DNA of 63,971 nt, the filler included, from Conidiobolus incongruus B7586 (Eukaryota), in NCBI GenBank assembly GCA_000697335.1. It is 5 parts of 5 records of this genome, joined end to end, with 100 filler letters (N's around TTAATTAATTAA, not from the genome) between each part and the next. Parts side by side here need not be neighbours in the genome. Positions count along the whole stretch, not along the records: positions 34,377 to 48,541 come from JNEM01006237.1; positions 48,642 to 59,519 come from JNEM01006239.1; 3 more parts are not named here. The stretch is one strand, 5' to 3'. Positions 42,451-53,866 of this stretch are shown here, piece after piece. A program made the position numbers and the translations under genes. Every line of letters begins with the position of its first letter. The first letter of the stretch is position 1. The notes under the pieces are model-generated. The model was given only the letters and a program-made list of their open reading frames with translations, searched no databases and was not told the origin of the DNA.

Positions 42451-42911
42451 ATTATATATAGAGATATAGATATAATAAAATTGATATTATTATTGGACAT
42501 ATATTCCAATATTCATATGGTATTGGATTTGGTTTATTTTTATGGTTAAAGGGATAATATATATTAATTGATTTGAAAATGGTTTGAAATATAAGATTAA
42601 AAATGAGAATACCCAATCTATTAGCTATTCATAAGCTTAATAATAAAAGGAAATATATTTGTATTTTTAGTTATTTTCATAATATTTTAACTGTTTTATT
42701 ACATCATATCCTTTATCATCAAACTTTTATATTTATTTCAACCAATCAGCTAATTAACATTTCAATAAAAAATTTATCAAATCAAATCAATCCATCTCAA
42801 AAACCCATTCAATTGATTTGAATCCCAACTGATATTTAAATTCCAACTATTCAGTAACTTTTGCATTTTTAACAAGAAAAATTTAATAAATATAATAAAA
42901 AAAATAAAAAG

Positions 42912-44159
42912 ATGACACTATCATCAGATAATTTTATAAGTGAATCGGATATGTCTGAATTAACTTCAGAACTTTCAGAATTGACAGAGATGGAAGTGGA
43001 TGAAAAGACTGAAGTTCAACAAAACGAAATTATTACTATTATAAATAACAATCATATAGTACAAGACAAACAAAGTGAAAATAATAAGAATGAAAAAGTA
43101 AATGTGAATCAAAATATTAATATTAAAAAAGAAATTGAAGAACCCAATTTTAATACTAAAGAATTAACTCCTCAAAGTACTACAAATTCTTCAACTAAAA
43201 GGATAGATAATAGTAAGAAAAATGGTAAATTTATTAAACTCATTTTGAAATATATTTATATTATTAAATTCTTCAATAATATTTAATTTGTTTCAGAATT
43301 ACGTAGGATTAAAGAGTAATATATATAATATATTTATTTTCATATATACAAATATTAATTATCAATAATTAATAGATTAGAATCGATTATAAAATTAGAT
43401 AATTGGACTCAAGACTTTCAAAAAGGTTTTATTAATTATATAAATATATGTATATAATAATCAACAATTTTTTTGCAACATTAGATCCTATTTCAAGTGA
43501 AGAGATAAAAGCATTGGAAGGCATATATTTGAAGCAATTAATTAAAATGGGATTAAGATATCCCCACTTAAAGCAATTAAATTTATCCAAAGAATTTATG
43601 GAAGCTAATGCTTCTAAAATTCCCCAAATGAATGGAAGTTACAAAACATTTGAAGACCTCAACAACACTAATCAACCATCTAGTGCAAACGTCAGGATAT
43701 CCGAAAGATTCAAAAATCAAATCAAATCAAAACTCACTAAAGTTCCAACCAATCCGAATCCATCATTCAACCATCATTCTCCCGTTTTTCATCGAAATCA
43801 CTCTTTCAATGGGTTTAATAGATCCAATAATATCTTCCAATCCCCCCATTTCCAATCACCAGCACCTCCTGTTCCATTCCATTCAAGGTAAATCCCCATT
43901 TTTCCATTTTTAACTGATATTTCATACCTATTTTAGACTTGGACCTTCAACACCTCGTCCCCGAGGTGGATATCACAATACCAACTTCCGATATTCTAAC
44001 CCCAACACCTTCACTCCTCCATTAGCTCACAACTGGACCAACGTTATCCCAAACGACACAAACGAATTTCAAGACAATGACCAATATCACCCCATCCAGA
44101 ATTTTGAGTATGTCTTTAATCAATTTCCAGATCGTCACCGCCATCCCGTCAGTTTTTAA
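42912..44159 (+). CDS. Hypothetical low-complexity protein, 5 exons including a 19-nt micro-exon, 335 aa
   Basis: Exons 42912-43224, 43297-43315, 43376-43425, 43485-43887 and 43937-44159 join in frame through GT-AG introns (1008 nt). No domain recognised. Confidence 0.65.
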
Positions 44160-45047
44160 CCAACATTATTGTAAACATTTCCATCAGCAGGTATTTTTAA
44201 TTTATTTAGAGTTATTATTCCAAGTTAAGAAATATCATTATTTTTATTTTTACCATTATTATTTTGATAAAACAATGAAAATTTATATTAAACTAAGAAT
44301 ATAGTGATTAAATATTATGTAATATTTTTATTTTCAATTTAAATAAATATGATTATTATCAGTATATTGCAGAATTTAATCAATTTTTTAACTGAATTCT
44401 TAAGTATAATTATTTTCAAATGAATATCAACTGAGATTAATAATCTTACTAGAATAAATAATTGAAAACAACTTAATTATAGATAATAATATTAATTTAT
44501 ATTTTATTTAATTTCAATTTAAATAATCTTACTCAATATACTAATAAATTTTAATATATCTAAATAAATTTAAAAAATTAATTTTCACATTGATAAAATC
44601 ATACAATTCAGTTATAAATTATTATTTATTTTCTAATTTTAATTTTGAATTATATATATTTTATACAAGACAAAATTACGAATAAATGTCATGGAATATT
44701 AAAAATAATATTTGATATATATAATTTCATAGGGTTTAATTGTAAAGTCTTAATATTCTTTCAAATTATTAGAATATTAATTTTTAATTATAACTAATTA
44801 GGCTCAAATCAATCAATAATAAAATCATTTGACTTTTTTAACAAAATTAATTTAGTTGAATTAGTTTTTTATTTTAAGATATTTCATATAATTGTAATAT
44901 TTGAATCAATTTAAATTTCATTTTTTTAAGTTAAAAAAAATTTAATAATACCATAATTGTTTTTTACTATTTGAATTATTATAAAATTTCATATTAATCT
45001 CAAACTTAAAAAAGAATTATAAAAATTTAAATTTAATTTTTTTAATA

Positions 45048-45789
45048 ATGGTAAATTTAATAATAATATCTATTAAAAAAATTAATTAATTAATAATTAA
45101 ATTTTTAGTCTTATTTACTCACTTGATAAGTGGTAATTTATTTACCTAATTATTTTAAAATATGACTAATACAATATTCAACTATAACAGAATTACGCTG
45201 ACTTCAAATTATTATGTTCGATTTTAATATTTACGTTGGCAAGTCGACCAAGCTATCATAACTGGAAAAGAACGAGTAGTAGTGATTCGATTTGGTCACG
45301 ATTGGGTAGTATTCAATACTTATTGAATTATTATACTATATATTAATTATTATTGTTAGGATCCTACATGTGAGAAAATGGACGAAATATTATATAAGGC
45401 AACCGAAAGAGTTAAAAATTTCACTGGAATTTGTTTGGTCGATATTTCAGACGTACCTGATTTTGATAAGGTATTCACTATATTCATTATTAAATATTAT
45501 CGATTATTAATTAATAATATTTAGATGTATGAATTATACGACGACTATACCACGATGTTCTTCTATCGTAACAAACTTATTATGATTGATTTGGGACTGG
45601 TAACAATAACAAAATTAATTGGACTTTAAATGATAAACAAAAAATGATTGATATTATTGAAACAGTTTATAAAGGTGCTAAAAAAGGTAATTGACACATT
45701 ATTTATTGCTATTATAATATTAGTTTTATATATTAGGACGCGGTCTAGTCGTATCACCTAAAGATTATTATACCAAATACAAGTATTAG
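45048..45789 (+). pseudogene. DIB1: Disrupted copy of the U5 snRNP Dim1/Dib1 (TXNL4A) gene
   Basis: Exons encode WQVDQAI...RVVVIRFGHDW / DPTCEKMDEILY...VPDFDK / MYELYD...MIDLG, TGNNNKINW...IIETVYKGAKK / GRGLVVSPKDYYTKYKY*. One-nt deletion at ~45596, frameshifted exon 45109..45132, and AC in place of an AG acceptor at 45233-45234. Confidence 0.85.
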
Positions 45790-47010
45790 ATTTATTGGTA
45801 TTGTACAATTTACTATTACTGTTGTCACTTGTAAATACATATCATTACTTATCATTTAAGCGTTTCTTATTATAGTTAACTTTCAAATTTTTCATTTGCA
45901 TTTTCTCAATACTATATTATTTTATTTGGTATAATTTAAAATATTAATTTGATTGATTGAATTTGGTCAGCTAGTCTTTAAAGGTATAGAATTTAGAGTT
46001 AATTATCCCCAATTTTCACATTTTTATTTGCAAATTTACCTTTTACTTGAATATTAAATCTAAATAATAAATCACTACTAAATATATTATATGTATTAAA
46101 ATATATAAAAACAAATATTATCTGTGATTATGATATATTTAATTAATTATAACTTATAACAGTAAAAGTTGAGTAACATTTATATTTGATTTTTTTGCTA
46201 AGTATTTATTTATATATTATTGTTTGTACTTTAAAATTATCATTCTTAATTTAAGAATATTATTTTTCAAATTAATGGGCTTCTACTAAATAATATATTA
46301 ATTACAATCAATATATAGAAATCATAGTACGAAATAATATATTACAAAATCTATTTATAATTTAAAATTATAACATTAGCAATATGAGAAAAATTCAATT
46401 TTGTTTCAAATCGATTGTCATTGAATCTTATCTTCAAAGTCAAATCAGAAATCATATTAACCATGTTGGATTAAAAATTAAGTTATAAAATCCAATTTAA
46501 TAGTGTTATTGATACTAATTAAATATATAATATTTATTCAAAGATATCTTTAATTATAAATTGAAATATTCAACAATAATTGATTTGGAATTATTTGTAT
46601 TAATGATTCAAATTGTTTTATGTTTATCCTCAAATTTGTTGATCCTAATAGATTAGATACATGTATTGAGTTGAAAATGAATATTATACTTAATGTATAA
46701 TATATAACAAAATTGAAATTATACTAATAAATTTTATAATACAAATTTAATCTTATCTGATAAAATACTTATATAATTTATTTTACACAATATCCAATTT
46801 AAATTTACATTATTTATAAATTTGAATAAAATAATTTGAAATTCAAAAAATTATAATAATCCCATAACTTTAATTGAAACTACTAATTAATAAATGTAAA
46901 AAATTAATACTGTACGACTCCCTCTTAACACCAGTTGGTAAACTTTAGATTCTAAACGGAAAATATCGCGTTTTTGAGTCTATAAACAAATTCACCTCCA
47001 TAAATCCAAT

Positions 47011-47460
47011 ATGTTGATCTCTAAGCAAAACAGAAAAATCATCTACGAAAACCTTTTCAAGGAAGGTGTTTTGGTTGCCAAAAAGGACTACAACTTGCCC
47101 CGTCACCCCACCCTTAAGGTCTCCAACTTGGAAGTTATCAAAGCTTGCCAATCTTTGAACTCCCGTGGTTATGTCAAGACCCAATTCTCTTGGCAATACT
47201 ACTATTACTCTTTGACCGATGAAGGTATCAACTACTTGAGAGAATACCTCCATCTCCCTGCCGAAATTGTTCCCGCCACTCACAAGAAGGTTACCCGTAC
47301 CTCCGCTCCCCGTGCTGGTGGTCGCGATTGGGATGGTGAACGTGCTCCTCGTGGAGATCGTGAAGATTACCGTGGTGCCAAGAAGGAAGGTGCTGCCGGT
47401 GATTTCCAACCTCAATTCCGTGGTGGAAACAACCGTGCTGCTGCCAACACTGAAGCCTAA
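47011..47460 (+). CDS. RPS10: 40S ribosomal protein S10 (eS10)
   Basis: [64 protein letters not shown]; strong codon bias. Confidence 0.97.
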   Translation: MLISKQNRKIIYENLFKEGVLVAKKDYNLPRHPTLKVSNLEVIKACQSLNSRGYVKTQFSWQYYYYSLTDEGINYLREYLHLPAEIVPATHKKVTRTSAPRAGGRDWDGERAPRGDREDYRGAKKEGAAGDFQPQFRGGNNRAAANTEA

Positions 47461-48541
47461 TTGTGTATAGGAATAAATAGCTTTCAGAGTTAGGTAAAAG
47501 CTAATCGATACTAACCACCCTAAATTTTACTCTCCGTATTAGATTATTTCGGCACACCTATACACACTCAACTCAATTCCATTTATTATTATTATAAATC
47601 ATATCAGTTAACTTACCCAAAATACACTACCCTTTTAGGAAAAACTAACCTCAAATTCTTTAATAGATTTATCTGAACTTTTAATCTCTTAATTGATCTT
47701 GCTCTACATTGGACTTAATTCACTATTTCAGCTTATTTTTATTACTAGTTATATTTTTGGGCTTTAATTAATGGGGTATTTTTATTTTGGACCTTTTTGG
47801 TAACATTTTACCTTCCAAAGAATTGATCTTTTTCGAAATCAACATTTATTTAATATTTGATTGTGTTACAAGAATCAATTACTTCTAGATTCGCATATTT
47901 TTGCTATTCTCACTTTGATATTAGGTTGAGCACACTTTTTCAATATAATTATCAGTTTTTGTTCTCATTATCCTACCCCAGTTTTAATTTCAAATTGCTT
48001 TCTCTAACTTTGGTGGTTTATAATCCTCAAAACAGCTCTTATACTTTTAACTTTTGATTTTTCAACACATATTTTGAAGTTCAATTTTATCATTTTAATT
48101 TTATATTCTAAAATATTATTCCTTATATATTTTGAATTTACTAATATTGTTTACTTGCATACTTATTATGTTTTGTTTACTTAACATTGTTGTAATTATA
48201 TAGTATCATAATATTCTGATTATATTTATTTAATAAATTTTAACTATTATTTACTTTCAATGTTTTATATTATATCTAATTTTGATTATGATTTGGATTT
48301 TTATTATTCATATAATTTTACTTTTTTTTCTTTTATTAGTACAATATTAACATTATAAAATTATTTTTAAATCTCATATTCTAATTAAATTTTCAATTTG
48401 TCATATTTGAAAATATATATCTAATTAATATAATATAATAAATAATAAAAATTATTAACTTATATTAAAGATTTTTACCAATATTTTATACTTTGTTTAT
48501 AAAGAAATTAATATATTTTATTATTTGAAAATTTTTTTTTA

Positions 48542-48641
48542 NNNNNNNNNNNNNNNNNNNNNNNNNNNNNNNNNNNNNNNNNNNNTTAATTAATTAANNN
48601 NNNNNNNNNNNNNNNNNNNNNNNNNNNNNNNNNNNNNNNNN
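48542..48641. other. Artificial assembly spacer
   Basis: N44-TTAATTAATTAA-N44. Confidence 0.98.
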
Positions 48642-50233
48642 GGCTTGCCATTTTCACCAGGCTTTTCATGATTACCAGGCTTACCATTGTCACCAGGTTT
48701 GCCATTTTCACCGGGCTTACTGTTGTCACCGGGCTTGCCATTATTACCAGTCGAGCCATTGTCACCAGGTTTACCGCTGTTATTAGGGATAGGATAAGAT
48801 GGGTGGCTTCCATTATTTCCATGTTCTCCAGGTTTTCCGGTATTGCCTGAATTACCATTTTCTCCAGGCTTACCAGTGTTTCCATTGTTTCCAGTGCTTC
48901 CAGTATTACCGTTATTGCCTGAGTTGCTATTGTCACCAGGTTTGCCATTTTCACCGGGCTTACTGTTGTCACCGGGCTTGCCATTATTACCAGTCGAGCC
49001 ATTGTCACCAGGTTTACCGCTGTTATTAGGGATAGGATAAGATGGGTGGCTTCCATTATTTCCATGTTCTCCAGGTTTTCCGGTATTGCCTGAATTACCA
49101 TTTTCTCCAGGCTTACCAGTGTTTCCATTGTTTCCAGTGCTTCCAGTATTACCGTTATTGCCTGAGTTACTATTTCCACCAGGTTTTCCATTTTCACCAG
49201 GCTTACTATTATCGCCTGGTTTGCCACTATCACTAGGCTTACCATTGTCGTCAGGTTTTCCGTTATCACCAGGCTTACCGTTGTTACCAGGTTTGCCATT
49301 TTCACCGGGCTTACTATTGTCACCGGGCTTACCGCTATTACCAGGGATTGGGTAAGATGGATGACCTCCATTATTTCCATGTTCTCCAGGTTTTCCGGTA
49401 TTGCCTGAATTACCATTTTCTCCAGGCTTACCAGTGTTTCCATTGTTTCCAGTGCTTCCAGTATTACCGTTATTGCCTGAGTTACTATTTCCACCAGGTT
49501 TTCCATTTTCACCAGGCTTACTATTATCGCCTGGTTTGCCACTATCACTAGGCTTACCATTGTCGTCAGGTTTTCCGTTATCACCAGGCTTACCGTTGTT
49601 ACCAGGTTTGCCATTTTCACCGGGCTTACTATTGTCACCGGGCTTACCGCTATTACCAGGGATTGGGTAAGATGGATGACCTCCATTATTTCCATGTTCT
49701 CCAGGTTTTCCGGTATTGCCTGAATTACCATTTTCTCCAGGCTTACCAGTGTTTTCATTGTTTCCAGTGTTTCCGGTATTACCGTTATTGCCTGAGTTAC
49801 TATTTTCCTCAGGTTTTCCATTGTCCCCAGGCTTACTATTATCACCGGGCTTACTGTTATCACCTGGTTTACCATTATCGCTAGGCTTACCATTATTACC
49901 AGTCGAGCCATTATCACCGGGTCTACCATTATTACTTGGAATAGGATAAGATGGGTGTCCTCCATTATTTCCAGTGTTACCATTATTACCGGTGCTCCCT
50001 GTGTTGCCAGTATTTCCATTATTTCCAGGTTTAGTATTTGGAACTGGATAAGCACCATTGTTCTGAGCGGAATATTCCTTATATCTTTCTAGGAATTGAT
50101 TGAAAAAGGGTAAAAATAATTTAAAGGTTTCATTATCGATATTAGCTGGTAAACTCTTGTCTAAAGCTTCGACAGGAACTGATTGAGTAGTTCCGAGAGC
50201 GAAAGCGGCCAGAATAACAGTTGAAAACTTCAT
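48642..50233 (-). CDS. Secreted Gly-X-Y collagen-like repeat protein A (3' end lost in gap)
   Basis: Signal peptide MKFSTVILAAFALGTTQS, short helical N-domain, then GKP/GDN/GEN/GNT triplets punctuated by HPSYPIP. Internal 315-bp and 243-bp duplicated blocks. Confidence 0.85.
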
Positions 50234-50412
50234 ATTATTAATTAAAAAGTGTATAAAATATAATATCAGAATTAATTATTTAGTTGGTTGGTTGTCTGAT
50301 TTCTAAGCTGGATAAACTCTCAGTTTATATATCAAAATCTCTCAAATCAATGGTTTGAGTTGGTGTTATGATAAATACAATAATGATATTGAATAGCCTT
50401 TATTTGCAATGA

Positions 50413-50451
50413 TTAGGCAATATTCAATAAATTGGCAAATTCAATTGGCGT
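50413..50451 (-). promoter_or_regulatory. Conserved upstream motif pair (CCAAT-like ACGCCAATT and TTGCCTAA) of collagen-like gene A
   Basis: The same two motifs occur with the same spacing (30 vs 31 nt) and similar distance from the ATG upstream of gene B at 55755..55794. Confidence 0.45.
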
Positions 50452-51559
50452 CTAATAATGAAAGAATTGATAGATCTAGTAATTTCAAACTATATTACAA
50501 ATCCGCTTAAATTCGAGGAACTTGCTCTTTGCTACCTGGTTTGTATTACATTAAATTGATCAATTATCACAATTTACCATAGTCCTTATTGTGAATACAT
50601 TTTCATTAAGAGTGATTCTAGAATAATTTAAACCAACATAGAATTCTTTTATTTATTTAGTACACTATATCAATATATTTTAATAAAACGACGATAATAT
50701 AAAAATTTATTTCTATTGAATCATTTTTATCTCCTAGTAGCTAGTCAAAAATTTTAAATATATCTAGAAAATTTAAAATATATTATAAAAATTGACATGC
50801 AATAATTATAATGCTACCACAAATTAAAGTATATTGCTTTATTTGTACTATTTTATTATAGGATCATGATATGTCAATTTAACCGTAGTTTTAATTTAAA
50901 TTGACTAAATTAAATGGTGCTTGGCTAATTATATTAATTTGCCTTAAAAATGAAGTTAAAATTTTCAACAAAGTTAATTGCCAAAAATTATTAATGGTTA
51001 AGGTACTCTATAATATAATATTGTTAAATCACGAGGGTAAAATAGCATAAATGTTTATAGAAATATTATTTTAGTATTGATTTAAGGTTTAAATAAATTT
51101 ATAAAATTATTTTTTTATTAAGTTAAAATATTATTTATTAATTTTTTACCCTGGAATTTATCAAAATCCATTTATTTTTGTATTTTTATTTTTTATAATT
51201 AAATATTTCATTCAATATAATATTAGATATTATTTATTAAACTTGATGAATATAAATCGAAATATTTGATTCAATAACATTGCTTGTTCCATTTGTAGTA
51301 TGAAGTGAGTTGATTATATATATGGAATATATTTAGTAACCTAAACTTGTAGATAAAGTATACTTTGAGAAAATTTATTTTTGAGTGAGCTAAAGAAATA
51401 TCAAAAACAGCAGATATAATTATAAAGCACTCGTTAAAATATAAGAAAAGCAAACAGCATTCATAGTTTAAAATGCAAAAGAACATCAGAGAGTTAGATT
51501 TGAAAGAATGCATGATTTAAAAAATATCTAAAATTTCGAGAAAAATTTAAAAGGGAAAG

Positions 51560-52096
51560 TTTGTAGAGATTAATCTTAGAGAGTTGGAATAATAGTAGCG
51601 GTTTTGGCTGGAAGATTAGTTGATTCAGAAGTTGTATTGGTAACTAGAGACACCGTAATTTCTAGGATTTTAATCATCAGAAGGTTTTAATAATGAAATT
51701 TTTTATAGTAATTATTTTTTTCTTCATTACCTAGTATGTGATTGCCTTCGTGTATTCCATCGTACTCGTTTTTCCAACTACTGCGTGGTTTTCAGAATTG
51801 ATTATACTCCTTGTTATCTCTAAATTTGACGAGATTACCAGGCTTTCCATGATCATTTGACTTGCCGTTATCCTTAGAATAGCTATTGCTACCAATTTAG
51901 CACTTTCATTTGGCTACCAATTATTATTCTTGATAGTGTCTTTATGACCTTTTTGTGAACATTTTAATATCTAGATAAAACATATTTATGGTTTCATCAT
52001 CAATGGTCATTGATATATTCTTATCCAAAGTTTCGACAGAAACTGATTGAGTGGATCCTATAGCGAAAACAGCAAAATAACAACCAAAGTTAACAT
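51560..52096 (-). pseudogene. Decayed third paralog of the collagen-like family (left boundary approximate)
   Basis: ATG at 52096, 1-nt frameshift in the signal peptide, then VFAIGSTQSVSVETLDKNISMTIDDET (compare AFALGTTQSVPVEALDKSLPANIDNET), a stop, and a residual DNGKSNDHGKPGN. Upstream AGTTTATATATC-AAATCT is shared with gene A. Confidence 0.75.
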
Positions 52097-53866
52097 ATTT
52101 TCAATAAGACATGTATTGGATACTAGATAAAAAAATTAATATAGATTTAAATATTTCTTGGTTAAATTGCTAAATAAATCATTATGTTGAATCAATTCTT
52201 AGTTTATATATCCAAATCTTTTCTCATTGATTGCTTGTTTTGTTATTATAATATTGCCAAAATAACAATTCATATTATCACTCTAACTCGATTGTTAGAC
52301 ACCATTAAACTATGAAAGATTTGAACTTGCATTAAGTAAAGTTTGTGAGGATTTTTGCTGAATATCAAATCTATAATGTTTTCGTGAATTTTGAACTAAA
52401 TGGTATTTACTTCATTTTAATAACTGTAAATTTCAATCAATTAAACAATTAATGAATTTCTGATGGTAATTGTATTTTTATAATTTTTGAATTAAATTTA
52501 CATATCTATATTTTTCGTTATTAAATATTCATTGAAAGATTAAATACTAATTAATAAAATTATATTAAGTGTCTATTCAATTAACAATATAATTATTTGA
52601 ACTTTCCAAAGTACATTTTCTCAAGTAGACTACTATCTTAATCTTACTTGTTCCGCAAGCTTTTATACAATATAATATTGATATTCTTATTATAAAAGAT
52701 GACCAAACTAATATAGTCATAGTTATGATTTATATTCACTCAATGAAAATGTGCTTGGCTTATATTTTTAATATAACGTAAAGTATTCAATAAATATAGA
52801 ACAAATCAAAATTCAAATATTTCATCATTTCTTATATCATCAAATCATGAAGATATAATAGTTTATGTTTTTGAAAAATTATTTTGCTATTATATTTAAT
52901 GATTATGAATTTTAGATTTAAATAGATTCATATTATATCAAATTTGACTTAAATTTTTATGCTATTTTATATTTTTTTAATACAATATTTGAAAAAATTT
53001 GTCACGGGATAGCGAAGTTTACTAAAACAAAATATTTTTACTGAGATTTCTTTCTGAAGATATCTTCGAATATATAATATTTAATGTAAAACTGGGTATA
53101 ATTTCTGGTTGAGCGTGTACTCAATGGTTTACCATATTTATAATTAATTAATATTAAAATACTTAGAATAAAACTCCTTATGTTTATTCTATTATGCATT
53201 TTATCGAAAATATATTGTACTAATCCAACCATTGTAATCTTACTTGAGTATCCTTTATAAAAAATCTCTAAGATCAAATATTTGGATTGTATAAAAATAC
53301 AGAGAAAATATCACTGAATAAATTGATAATAAAAATCATTTTATACTTGAATGTAATATTCAAATCCTTTGATTATTAAGATTAACATTCAAAAAATTCT
53401 CAACCCAAATTTAAATTAATTTTAATTGCTAGCATGATGTTCTAAATATTTTGAATTAGAGTATGATTTATTTTCTGAATTCAATAATCTAAAATATCTT
53501 GTATATTTAAAAAGTTATTTAGATAATGATTATATATCAAAATTTGATAACTTTGACATTATATACTTGGTTAATTAAATATATGTAAATGAAATAGTAG
53601 CATTATATATTTAACAAATCTATTAATTTGAATAATATCATTTATATGGTCTGAAAATTTTTTACTATTATAGGCCAAAATAATTGATTAATAAAAATAA
53701 AAAGATTTCAGTGATACATTTCTCACCTTAATAAATGAACAATATATAATATTTTATAGAAAACTAATATATATAGAATTTATTAAAAATGATAATAGTA
53801 TTATGAAAATTTGATTTAATTAACTGATGTGGAGTATACTTTGAATACGACTCAAATATTCTGTGT

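Noticed and set aside
46945..47415. 156-aa ORF antisense to RPS10, and similar ORFs opposite eIF5A, midasin, arrestin and RhoGAP
   Set aside because: Expected from codon bias of the sense gene; no independent features.
53000..53015. TGTCACGG matching the putative LTR terminus near the tRNA
   Set aside because: Only 8 nt match and no further similarity.
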